Source: a virus
Taxonomy: Duplodnaviria; Heunggongvirae; Uroviricota; Caudoviricetes
Virus record (IMG/VR): IMGVR_UViG_3300031994_000015
Span: 1-30,275 of that record
Length of the DNA: 30,275 nt
Strand: one strand, 5' to 3'
Shown here piece by piece: positions 20,286 through 28,340 of the stretch; the first letter of the stretch is position 1; the number at the start of each line of letters is the position of its first letter. A program made the position numbers and the translations under genes. Under the pieces are notes generated by a model. The model made no database searches. It was not told where the DNA came from and worked only from the letters and a program-made list of their open reading frames with translations.

Positions 20286-20317
20286 AAAGCCTTACATAAA
20301 TTTTATGTAAGGTTTTT
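20286..20317 (+). terminator. intrinsic terminator
   Basis: AAAGCCTTACATAA-loop-TTATGTAAGGTTTT hairpin. Confidence 0.75.
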
Positions 20318-20349
20318 CTATTTTAAAATTTAGATAAATTATATTAAAT

Positions 20350-21192
20350 ATGGAAAATATACATACAATTGTTATTCCGGATATACATGGCAGAAAATTC
20401 TGGAAAGATATATTAACAAAATATAATAAAGAAGATTACCAAAATTTACCAATTGTATTTTTGGGTGATTATGTTGACCCTTATGATTTTGAAGGAATTT
20501 CTAAAGAAGATGCCATAATTAATTTCCAAGAAATAATCGATGTGGCTAAAAATGATAATCGTATTCATTTGTTAATAGGTAATCATGATATGCATTATTG
20601 GTATGATGCCCAATATAAATGTAGAGTAGATACAAGAAATTATAATGAAATTAAAGATATGTTCTTGCAAAACTTTACTTTATTTAATGTGGCATATGAA
20701 GAAATAATTGATGGTGAAAAATTTCTTTATACTCATGCTGGTATGACTAAACAATGGTTAGACCATTTGCATCTTATTGGTAAAATATCTGTAGAAAATA
20801 ATAAGAAATTTAGAATTGATCACTTTGGTAATAAAGTAAAACAACTATCAGATGAACAATTACCATTTGCAAAGATGCTCAAATCAATGACACCTGATGC
20901 AGATAAATTAAACAAAATGAAAGATAATTTTCAAGGTCAAGCAAATCTTTGGATGGCATCATGGGCTCGTGGTGGAGAACATCAAATGGGTAGTTGTATT
21001 TGGGAAGATTTATCAGAATGGAAATTTGGCGGAACAGAAATTCCTGGTATTTGGCAAGTATTTGGCCATTCAAGATGGTCTAAACCTAATCCAGATGATG
21101 CTTATATAGATTTTGATAGAAAATTTGCATGTGTTGATACAGCTTCTGGATGGATTATTACAAATAACAAAGAATTTATTAAGATACAATAA
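20350..21192 (+). CDS. calcineurin-like metallophosphoesterase
   Basis: PDIHG, GDYVD, GNHD, THAG, FGHS motifs; paralogue of 5895..6653. Confidence 0.9.
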   Translation: MENIHTIVIPDIHGRKFWKDILTKYNKEDYQNLPIVFLGDYVDPYDFEGISKEDAIINFQEIIDVAKNDNRIHLLIGNHDMHYWYDAQYKCRVDTRNYNEIKDMFLQNFTLFNVAYEEIIDGEKFLYTHAGMTKQWLDHLHLIGKISVENNKKFRIDHFGNKVKQLSDEQLPFAKMLKSMTPDADKLNKMKDNFQGQANLWMASWARGGEHQMGSCIWEDLSEWKFGGTEIPGIWQVFGHSRWSKPNPDDAYIDFDRKFACVDTASGWIITNNKEFIKIQ

Positions 21193-21221
21193 TTAACAGA
21201 TTTTAACACTATTATATACAG

Positions 21222-21305
21222 AGAGCACACAGGTTAATTTAATTCAATATGATAATAAGATATTGATAATCTAAAAATAAATTAACCTGTGTGCTTTTAT
21301 TTTTT
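21222..21305 (+). terminator. long hairpin followed by T tract
   Basis: 20-bp inverted repeat 21222-21241/21278-21297 with an inner 7-bp stem. Confidence 0.65.
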
Positions 21306-21327
21306 TCTAAATTTTTTTATATAATAT

Positions 21328-21365
21328 TTGAAAAATTTTGATTTGTTTCTATATTATATATGTAA
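21328..21365 (+). promoter_or_regulatory. repeated phage promoter motif
   Basis: TTGAAA-N14-TCTATATT-N5-TGTAA. Confidence 0.75.
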
Positions 21366-21383
21366 AACAAATAAATATCAAAT

Positions 21384-21623
21384 ATGGTTAAGAATTTTTA
21401 TTACCGTTTCATTTTGGTTCTCACAATTGTTTTTGGAACTCTTTTTATTGGTAGCGTTCCTGAGATGATGAAGACTTCAAACTGGGTCACACTTGCCTTT
21501 GTTTTTTTTGGTCTTTATTTTCTTACTTACAAGGAGTTTGGCAAACTTTCCAATGAGCGTCGTAATGAAATCCTTTACTTGGATTTTTTCAAGAAGATTG
21601 GATGTGATTTTTCAAAGGAGTAA
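21384..21623 (+). CDS. small membrane protein (2 TM)
   Basis: Two hydrophobic segments. Confidence 0.75.
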   Translation: MVKNFYYRFILVLTIVFGTLFIGSVPEMMKTSNWVTLAFVFFGLYFLTYKEFGKLSNERRNEILYLDFFKKIGCDFSKE

Positions 21624-21646
21624 TTAACTTAATCATATAAATATCT

Positions 21647-21847
21647 ATGACTTACAATCCTAATAAAGTTTACATTGTTTTTGATGGTACCTCACATTAT
21701 GGAGTATGGGGATGTGATGTAGAGATGGAAATTGCATCCAATGATGTAGAGGTAGTTAAAGGTCCTTATTCCGATTGGGATGATTTTGTAGAAGACGAGA
21801 TTACAAAACTCAATGATGAGGCTTATGGAACCCACATGTATAGATAA
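21647..21847 (+). CDS. hypothetical protein
   Basis: 66-aa acidic ORF. Confidence 0.75.
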   Translation: MTYNPNKVYIVFDGTSHYGVWGCDVEMEIASNDVEVVKGPYSDWDDFVEDEITKLNDEAYGTHMYR

Positions 21848-21879
21848 TATAAAGTAAAATTATAATAAAGTAATAATAT

Positions 21880-22218
21880 ATGAATACAAAGAACAATCTT
21901 CGAGTTAGACTTTTCCACCCAGGAACAATTGGTTTTGAATTTTATTGTGCATTGTTCAGAACTTCTAAGGATTCTGATGGTCATGTAAGAATGTATTGCA
22001 ATTTCGATTGGGAGAAAGAAGATGGTCAAGGAGATTATGATCGTGAATTTGGTGCACCAGATGCAGTTAGGATGTTCCTTTTTCAGGTTAGAATGAACAA
22101 TGATGATGTTGAAAAGAGATTTAATTTTGATAAGCCTTATATTAAGGCCGGTCAGTTCTCTAAGAATGGTGTTTATATTGATAATATTGAAACTCTAAAT
22201 ATTGAAGTTACAAATTAA
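21880..22218 (+). CDS. hypothetical protein
   Basis: 112-aa ORF. Confidence 0.8.
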   Translation: MNTKNNLRVRLFHPGTIGFEFYCALFRTSKDSDGHVRMYCNFDWEKEDGQGDYDREFGAPDAVRMFLFQVRMNNDDVEKRFNFDKPYIKAGQFSKNGVYIDNIETLNIEVTN

Positions 22219-22219
22219 T

Positions 22220-22420
22220 ATGAAAAAGTGCGTAATTAGAAATTCTGGTGAAGGAAATAATAAGATTTATAAGGAATTGACTGATGAGCAATTTAATTTT
22301 CTTGATAGTCTTTTTGATGAAATCAATAATTCTCCATATGGTGAATGCTATGCACCTTATATAAGTATTTGGGAAGCAGAAAGTGATGAACTTAAAATGT
22401 TTGAGAACAATGACAATTAA
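22220..22420 (+). CDS. hypothetical protein
   Basis: ATG at 22220 follows upstream stop. Confidence 0.7.
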   Translation: MKKCVIRNSGEGNNKIYKELTDEQFNFLDSLFDEINNSPYGECYAPYISIWEAESDELKMFENNDN

Positions 22421-22799
22421 GCAAGCAATTTTGAATGAGAAGGAGTATAATAACATAACTCCTCGTATACTCCCAAGTGTAGAATTTCGCGCACCAGTTA
22501 GAAATTATAAAGAGTTTTATACTCAAGAGCAAATTGATTATCTTTGGGATCATGGAATGCTTGAGGAATATCAAAAGTGTGGTGCCACATGGGAACGTCC
22601 TTGGATGGGTGAGTATTGGGAGTTCACCGATAAAGGCAAACGTTGGAGAATCTGGTATACAACTGACTTATGGACTTTGATTAAGATTTATGTTCTTCGA
22701 GTATATTGGTTCAAATACAAGTGGCAGAAACTATGTATAAAGTTTGGTCATCATTATGATTGGCAAGATTATGAAGGAGTAAGTCTTGATGAAATTTAA
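22410..22799 (+). CDS. hypothetical protein
   Basis: Trp-rich ORF; ATG at 22410 preferred. Confidence 0.75.
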   Translation: MTIKQAILNEKEYNNITPRILPSVEFRAPVRNYKEFYTQEQIDYLWDHGMLEEYQKCGATWERPWMGEYWEFTDKGKRWRIWYTTDLWTLIKIYVLRVYWFKYKWQKLCIKFGHHYDWQDYEGVSLDEI

Positions 22800-22829
22800 T
22801 CATAATAGAGAAAATGATTAGCATTAAAT

Positions 22830-22946
22830 ATGAAGAAAATAAAGAATTGGTTTAAGAAGCTATTTGTTAAAGATATTACACAAAAGAATATTAATGATGA
22901 TATTCCTGATATCGATTTCGGAGAAGTATTTAAAATGAAATTTTAA
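22830..22946 (+). CDS. small hypothetical protein (38 aa, MKKIKNWFKKLF...)
   Basis: Fills gap; amphipathic N-terminus. Confidence 0.5.
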   Translation: MKKIKNWFKKLFVKDITQKNINDDIPDIDFGEVFKMKF

Positions 22947-22958
22947 TTTAATAATACA

Positions 22959-22996
22959 TTGAATTTTTTTAATAATATTCTATATTTATAATGTAA
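22959..22996 (+). promoter_or_regulatory. repeated phage promoter motif
   Basis: TTGAAT-N14-TCTATATT-N5-TGTAA. Confidence 0.7.
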
Positions 22997-23011
22997 CAAA
23001 ATTCAATTTAT

Positions 23012-23341
23012 ATGGAATACAAAAATATTAAAAAATTCAAGAATAACGAAAATGTTATATTAGCTTGGAAAGATGATGAAAATAAATTCTGGCCATATAA
23101 TGTAATAGTTATCAAGAATAACAATAAAGTTGAGTTTATAGACCCAGACGAAAGAACAAGTATTTCATATAAAGAATTTAAGCATACCAATGATGATGGA
23201 CTTTTTATGATGGTTTTTGATTCTGTTTCAGAATGCCAAGATTGGTGTGATAGACAGAATCTAAATGATTCTGAATATTTAGAAATAGATGGTTCTGATT
23301 CTAGGACAGGAGAAATGTGGAATAATATTTTTAATTTTTAA
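23012..23341 (+). CDS. hypothetical protein
   Basis: 109-aa ORF; resembles ORF 535..858 at the C-terminus. Confidence 0.8.
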   Translation: MEYKNIKKFKNNENVILAWKDDENKFWPYNVIVIKNNNKVEFIDPDERTSISYKEFKHTNDDGLFMMVFDSVSECQDWCDRQNLNDSEYLEIDGSDSRTGEMWNNIFNF

Positions 23342-23347
23342 TATAAT

Positions 23348-24049
23348 ATGTATAGAGAAAGTTTAAACATGATGGAGGCCTCAATTAAGGCTCGTATTAG
23401 TGAAAATATTAAAAAGTATGGTAAGAATTTTCCATGGAAGGCTTGGTTGCCTTCAAATGTAGAGAAAATCGAAAATGATGCTGAAGTAAAATATTATTGC
23501 AAAGGTGATCCGAAGACAGTATTCTCCGGTCGTTTCTGTGCGGTATCAGGTTTTATTTATGCAATTGTGAATGGCAAGTATTCTATTCTTGCTAATCTTC
23601 GTGGCCCTGGTACTCCTGATTATCAAGGATGTTGGAATGCTCCTTGTGGATTCCTTGAGTGTTTTGAAGATTCAAAGGAAGGTATTCAGCGAGAGATCTA
23701 TGAGGAGTGCAAGTTTATCGTTCGTAAGGAAGATTTAAAGGTTGTTCATGTTGAGACCAATCCAGCTGAATGTAATAATGGTAATGTGACAATTCGTCAT
23801 AAAGCATTCCTCGGTAAGATTGTTCCTATGTATCTTAAGTCTTCTGAAGGTGGAGAAGAGAATGAGGTAGATGGAATTAAGTGGATTCCTGTTGAGGAGT
23901 TTGATAATTATAAGTGGGCATTCAACCATGCTAAGACCACTAAGCTTTATGCACCAGGTAAGATTAAGCGCTGGTTAATTGAGTTCTGGTATAACAATTT
24001 CGGTAGTTATAACAAGAATTATACAGATGACATGTATATAAATGATTGA
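23348..24049 (+). CDS. Nudix hydrolase
   Basis: WNAPCGFLECFEDSKEGIQREIYEEC Nudix box; WAFNH as in ADP-ribose pyrophosphatase-like enzymes. Confidence 0.88.
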   Translation: MYRESLNMMEASIKARISENIKKYGKNFPWKAWLPSNVEKIENDAEVKYYCKGDPKTVFSGRFCAVSGFIYAIVNGKYSILANLRGPGTPDYQGCWNAPCGFLECFEDSKEGIQREIYEECKFIVRKEDLKVVHVETNPAECNNGNVTIRHKAFLGKIVPMYLKSSEGGEENEVDGIKWIPVEEFDNYKWAFNHAKTTKLYAPGKIKRWLIEFWYNNFGSYNKNYTDDMYIND

Positions 24050-24330
24050 TTATGGAAAGTACAAAAGGAGTTATTAGAGTAACTAAGTTGGCTGAACATT
24101 ATAATGGATATGATGAAATCTATTATTTTACTGATGTAGCAATTGATGTGGATTCTCATCTTATGGCTCGAATTTCAGGTAATGTTTTTGATGCCATGAA
24201 ATTTATTTGGAATACCCCAAATGAAGATGAACAGATGAGAATTAATTCATTGATAAATTTTGTTAAAACTTGTTTTAAGCCTTCAAAGAAATTTAAAATT
24301 GAATTTGTACCTTTGACAATTATTTATTAA
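24046..24330 (+). CDS. hypothetical protein
   Basis: 94-aa ORF. Confidence 0.75.
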   Translation: MIMESTKGVIRVTKLAEHYNGYDEIYYFTDVAIDVDSHLMARISGNVFDAMKFIWNTPNEDEQMRINSLINFVKTCFKPSKKFKIEFVPLTIIY

Positions 24331-24419
24331 ATATATAATCAAATGAATGTTACGATTGATAGATAATATTTTCGAATTTATTGGTTGTTTTATTTGGAAT
24401 ATAAGATATAGAATATTAC

Positions 24420-24722
24420 ATGAGTAAAACATATAATGACAAATATGATTTTCAGAAAATCATTGAGAATGAAGAGACAAATTATTGGGATGCCCATTTG
24501 TTAGCAACTCGGCATCCTAATAAAAGAAAACGTGCATCTTTGAATCGTGAATTTCATAAAGTTAACTTAGGATCTCCTGCTAAATGGAAAAATAGATATG
24601 GTGAAGTTTATGATAAATCATCACGTATGCATTTAGCAGCTTCAGAAATTGCTATGAAACGTAGAAGGAGATTAAATCATGATGCACAAGACGAAATTAA
24701 TAGAGAACTAAATAATATGTAA
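24420..24722 (+). CDS. basic hypothetical protein
   Basis: 100-aa ORF. Confidence 0.75.
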   Translation: MSKTYNDKYDFQKIIENEETNYWDAHLLATRHPNKRKRASLNREFHKVNLGSPAKWKNRYGEVYDKSSRMHLAASEIAMKRRRRLNHDAQDEINRELNNM

Positions 24723-24724
24723 AT

Positions 24725-24988
24725 ATGAGTCAATTGTCAATTAATTTTGCTTATAAGTCAGGAACTAATGGATATTGGAATTTAGATGGTTGTGATAAGA
24801 TAATTAAGTCTTTTAAAAAGAAAGATTATTCTTATCCGATTCCATCTGAACATAGTATAATTAAATTAAATGTAAATGATAAATGGAATCATTATTTAGT
24901 TACAGATGTTAATTATATTTATGGTGATGATAATGATGAGAAATGTGATAATGTTTATGTATATATATACTTAATATATCTACCATAA
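24725..24988 (+). CDS. hypothetical protein
   Basis: 87-aa ORF. Confidence 0.75.
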   Translation: MSQLSINFAYKSGTNGYWNLDGCDKIIKSFKKKDYSYPIPSEHSIIKLNVNDKWNHYLVTDVNYIYGDDNDEKCDNVYVYIYLIYLP

Positions 24989-24989
24989 T

Positions 24990-25343
24990 ATGAATAAGGT
25001 TTTTAAATTAGTATATAAGTCAGGTCCTCATGGTGATGAATGTTCATCTTATGAGGTGAAATTCTTTGGTCAACAAACATTACAAGATTTATTGAATGCA
25101 CTTGATGAACGTGAATGGGGTTTGGTAAAAGTTAGAATTCCTAATCCAGAAACATTTAATCTTCCTTATGCAACTGAAAGGGAGAAATATATGGATCTCA
25201 CAATTGAATATAAACATGGAAAAATAATTACACCAAGGGAGAAATATGCTTATTTATTGGATAAAGTAATTGACAATAATTATAGTAATTTTGCTAATGG
25301 TGGGTGGAGTCTCATGAATTATTGGATAAAAGTAAATATTTAA
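24990..25343 (+). CDS. hypothetical protein
   Basis: 117-aa ORF. Confidence 0.8.
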   Translation: MNKVFKLVYKSGPHGDECSSYEVKFFGQQTLQDLLNALDEREWGLVKVRIPNPETFNLPYATEREKYMDLTIEYKHGKIITPREKYAYLLDKVIDNNYSNFANGGWSLMNYWIKVNI

Positions 25344-25345
25344 TT

Positions 25346-25570
25346 ATGAAAAAAATTATATTTATAATTTTATTGTTTATATTTATAGGTTGTAATAATA
25401 CTAATTTAGATCCTAATTTAGTATATAGTGGTCATGACTGGGTTGTTAAAAAACTTAACGATACTGTAGTAATTTGTATTCCTACACAAGGTGATTTACT
25501 TGGGCGTCAACCAAATAAACCGTATGCAATTAATATTAAAGATTTTTCACAATCAGAATTTAGAAAATAA
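25346..25570 (+). CDS. putative lipoprotein
   Basis: MKKIIFIILLFIFIG-C signal peptide II pattern from ATG 25346. Confidence 0.7.
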   Translation: MKKIIFIILLFIFIGCNNTNLDPNLVYSGHDWVVKKLNDTVVICIPTQGDLLGRQPNKPYAINIKDFSQSEFRK

Positions 25571-25571
25571 T

Positions 25572-25799
25572 ATGAAATTATTTAAGAAAATTGTAACATT
25601 AGAACCTATTGATATTAATGAACTTGATAATGTTCTTATAAAAATAGCTGTACCAATTATAGAACGAAACAGAAACAATAATTGGGAAGATGACAACTTC
25701 GATGATATTCTAAACGCTTTTGAAGAAGAATATAAGTTAGAAGATGAAGAAAATGATTTTTTGTATAATAAAATTCGTAAACTAATTAAAACAATATAA
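25572..25799 (+). CDS. hypothetical protein
   Basis: ATG at 25572 follows upstream stop. Confidence 0.7.
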   Translation: MKLFKKIVTLEPIDINELDNVLIKIAVPIIERNRNNNWEDDNFDDILNAFEEEYKLEDEENDFLYNKIRKLIKTI

Positions 25800-25800
25800 T

Positions 25801-25941
25801 ATGAAAGCTAAAGATGCTGCTAAACTATTAACCACCCTTAGTGAGATTTATCCTGATTTAGATATTACATTTGCTAACAATAAGGTTCCAGTAAATGTAG
25901 TTCAATATGATGCAAAAAGTAATTCAATAAATATTAGATAA
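25801..25941 (+). CDS. small hypothetical protein (46 aa, MKAKDAAKLL...)
   Basis: Exactly fills the gap, with 1-nt spacers on both sides. Confidence 0.7.
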   Translation: MKAKDAAKLLTTLSEIYPDLDITFANNKVPVNVVQYDAKSNSINIR

Positions 25942-25942
25942 T

Positions 25943-26212
25943 ATGTTACCACTTGATGAATTATTTCATTTGAATAGCCGATTGACTAAAGATAGGCAAT
26001 TCTCAAAATGGCAATGGAAAGAGATTATCGATTTAGCTTTTACAGCTGGAAGAGATATGTGTTTTAATTGGGGTGTTGAACATTTTTATGTAGGTCTATT
26101 AGGTTTTGATTATGAAGATTGTGAAGATTTGGTAACAGATATTCAAAATGGTGACGGTAAAGCCATAGATAGATTTGTAATGGATATTGTAAACTATTTT
26201 AATAGCAAATAA
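25943..26212 (+). CDS. hypothetical protein
   Basis: 89-aa ORF. Confidence 0.75.
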   Translation: MLPLDELFHLNSRLTKDRQFSKWQWKEIIDLAFTAGRDMCFNWGVEHFYVGLLGFDYEDCEDLVTDIQNGDGKAIDRFVMDIVNYFNSK

Positions 26213-26214
26213 TA

Positions 26215-26856
26215 ATGAGTAGAGCAATTTTTCTCGGTAGTTTTAATCCTCCACATAAAGGACATGTTGATTGTATTCAGAGTGTTGTTGACTCTGGTAT
26301 AATGAAAGAATTGAATATTGATAAGATTCATGTAATACCTTGTTGGCAAAACCCAAACAAGAATAAATTTACTGTACCATTTATTAAGCGTTATCAAATG
26401 GTATGGTATATGTTTGGTGATTTGATTCGTGATGGTATTGTTTGTCCTGATGATATTGAAAATCATATTTACCCAAATTATACTTGTACATTGATTGATT
26501 ACTTTAATACTGGTAGAGATGCTTATATCAATAAGAATTTTGAAGGTTTTTGGTGGATTATAACTATTGAGACTATAAAAGAACTTATGGAACAGAAGTG
26601 GAAATGTTCTAAAGAGCTTTTATATGATAATAACTTTATTGTTGTTGGCAAAGATGAAGAAGAATGGAATAATTTACTTAATCAGTTTGTAGATTATAAA
26701 TCAATAATTTGTGCTAAATTTGTAAAATTAAATAGTACACATGATTTTCATTCAACCAAACTTCGTGAAAAAATAAAGAATGGTGAATCTATTGAAGATG
26801 AAACTTGTTTTTGGGTAAATGATTATATTAAAGAAATGAATTTATATAAAGAATAA
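26215..26856 (+). CDS. nadD: nicotinate/nicotinamide-nucleotide adenylyltransferase (NadD-like)
   Basis: GSFNPPHKGH (HxGH), P..QNP.K, YT, STKLRE motifs. Confidence 0.8.
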   Translation: MSRAIFLGSFNPPHKGHVDCIQSVVDSGIMKELNIDKIHVIPCWQNPNKNKFTVPFIKRYQMVWYMFGDLIRDGIVCPDDIENHIYPNYTCTLIDYFNTGRDAYINKNFEGFWWIITIETIKELMEQKWKCSKELLYDNNFIVVGKDEEEWNNLLNQFVDYKSIICAKFVKLNSTHDFHSTKLREKIKNGESIEDETCFWVNDYIKEMNLYKE

Positions 26857-26857
26857 T

Positions 26858-27391
26858 ATGGCTTGGTATTGTTGGATATATCTTTTTGTTATTTTAACAT
26901 TTTTTGGTTATCTTTATAATCGAATTATTTTTTGGATCGGTGCATTTATTTGGGAATGGTCATCAAATGTTATTTATGGTGATGGGTATTGGTTTGATGA
27001 AGGCACTACAATTAAATCTATAATAGAGGATATTAGATATAAAGATGGAGTGTTTCATACTTCATATTATCCAGAAGAAAATGATAGTTATGTTACAGTT
27101 TCACAAGTAAGATGGATAGCAGGAATCAATATATTAACTGCTTCAGTAGTATTTGTATTTAATATTATTGGTTTTTTAGTTGCATTAGCATGTATCTTTG
27201 GTAGATTTATAGGATTAATTATATGGGGTCAATGGATTTGTATAGGTCAATATATTTATAAATTTATAAAAATATGTATTAAATATATTGTATCATTCTT
27301 GGTAAAGATTAAAGTTGTTTCATTTTTAGTATCATTATATAAAGTTACAATAAACATTCGTGATAAAATACTTAATTTTGAAATTGCGTGA
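26858..27391 (+). CDS. membrane protein
   Basis: Multiple hydrophobic segments. Confidence 0.75.
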   Translation: MAWYCWIYLFVILTFFGYLYNRIIFWIGAFIWEWSSNVIYGDGYWFDEGTTIKSIIEDIRYKDGVFHTSYYPEENDSYVTVSQVRWIAGINILTASVVFVFNIIGFLVALACIFGRFIGLIIWGQWICIGQYIYKFIKICIKYIVSFLVKIKVVSFLVSLYKVTINIRDKILNFEIA

Positions 27392-27597
27392 TTATGGAAA
27401 ATATTTGGGGAATTTCTTATTTAGTTGCTGGATTTATTGTTGCAATATGGATTTGGTGTAAAGATTACAAACATGATTATAAATTGGCTAAAAGTCAAAA
27501 TGATGTTGAAGATGGAATGGCTGTTATCTTTATGATAATGTTATTTTTATTTTGGCCATTATTTTTAGTACATAAATTATTTAAAAAGATTTTTTAA
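27388..27597 (+). CDS. small membrane protein (2 TM)
   Basis: Two hydrophobic segments, FWP motif. Confidence 0.75.
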   Translation: MIMENIWGISYLVAGFIVAIWIWCKDYKHDYKLAKSQNDVEDGMAVIFMIMLFLFWPLFLVHKLFKKIF

Positions 27598-27630
27598 CTT
27601 TCTATATTTAATTATATTATTATTACATAT

Positions 27631-27702
27631 ATGAAGAATTACAATAACATATCAAGACGAAGAAACCGTAATATAACTATTATGGGTGATATGGAAGTGT
27701 AA
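27631..27702 (+). CDS. Arg-rich leader peptide MKNYNNISRRRNRNITIMGDMEV
   Basis: 23-aa ORF with AGA CGA AGA AAC CGT; preceded by TCTATATT promoter core at ~27601; followed by terminator. Confidence 0.7.
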   Translation: MKNYNNISRRRNRNITIMGDMEV

Positions 27703-27778
27703 AAAAGAAGCAAAACATAATTGATATAAATGTATGCTGGTAACATATCACTCAAGATATTTTACCAGTAATTTTTTT
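27683..27778 (+). promoter_or_regulatory. putative transcription attenuator (antiterminator/terminator)
   Basis: Terminator stem 27735-27749/27756-27770 plus T7 (27772-27778); mutually exclusive 11-bp helix TGGGTGATATG (27683-27693) with CATATCACTCA (27744-27754). Confidence 0.7.
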
Positions 27779-27798
27779 GAATTTTTTATAAGAGATCT

Positions 27799-27836
27799 TT
27801 GAAATATTTTAATTATTTTCTATATTATATTTGTAA
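27799..27836 (+). promoter_or_regulatory. repeated phage promoter motif
   Basis: TTGAAA-N14-TCTATATT-N5-TGTAA. Confidence 0.75.
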
Positions 27837-27850
27837 AATAAACATAAATT

Positions 27851-28126
27851 ATGGGAATAAATAGAAAAATCAAACGAGGAACTTTAGGTCACCGAGATGA
27901 TCCTTTGGTTATAGAATACCAGAATAAGTATAAGATTGGTAAAGGTCTTGTATTTGCCGCTTTAAGAGCTTTTGGTGATTCTAAATATACTCATGAGTTT
28001 TGTGAATTTATTGTTGAATGGCAAAAAACAAATAAAACTTCCGGTATCAGTTTTACCTATCTTGTAGAAGAGTTTGAAGGAACTGGTCATGGAGTAGTTA
28101 TTGAAAATAAATTGAATGCTGAATAA
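27851..28126 (+). CDS. hypothetical protein
   Basis: 91-aa ORF after promoter. Confidence 0.75.
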   Translation: MGINRKIKRGTLGHRDDPLVIEYQNKYKIGKGLVFAALRAFGDSKYTHEFCEFIVEWQKTNKTSGISFTYLVEEFEGTGHGVVIENKLNAE

Positions 28127-28170
28127 CGTTTTACTATATAATATTATGTTTTACCTTTGAATAGTAAAAT

Positions 28171-28242
28171 GCCCCGGTAGTTCAACGGATAGAACAGGAG
28201 TCTTCTAAACTTCTGATTTGGGTTCGATTCCCAACTGGGGTA
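28171..28242 (+). tRNA. tRNA-Arg(UCU)
   Basis: Cloverleaf; anticodon arm GGAGT-CT TCT AA-ACTTC; T loop TTCGATT; no encoded CCA. Confidence 0.9.
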
Positions 28243-28265
28243 CAATTTGATAAACTAACACATTT

Positions 28266-28339
28266 GGCCCAGTAGCTCAATGGATTAGAGCACTTGTCTA
28301 CGAAGCATGGGGTTGTAGGTTCGAGTCCTACCTGGGTCA
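28266..28339 (+). tRNA. tRNA-Arg(ACG)
   Basis: Cloverleaf; anticodon arm CTTGT-CT ACG AA-GCATG (one mismatch); T loop TTCGAGT. Confidence 0.85.
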
Positions 28340-28340
28340 C

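Noticed and set aside
24347-24427. 26-aa ORF MLRLIDNIFEFIGCFIWNIRYRILHE filling a gap
   Set aside because: Possible but unsupported beyond gap filling
1690-26466. Short overlapping antisense or alternate-frame ORFs (e.g. 1690, 2230, 2375, 4787, 5653, 11883, 13357, 13855, 16503, 17317, 17555, 19020, 20879, 21823, 22208, 22392, 23008, 23735, 26194)
   Set aside because: They lie within better-supported genes and show no motifs
28171-28242. CTA in the anticodon loops (TTCTAAA; also at 28835-28909 and 29234-29305) suggesting amber suppressor tRNAs
   Set aside because: Stem pairing places TCT or CCT at the anticodon position; shifting the register to CTA breaks the stem
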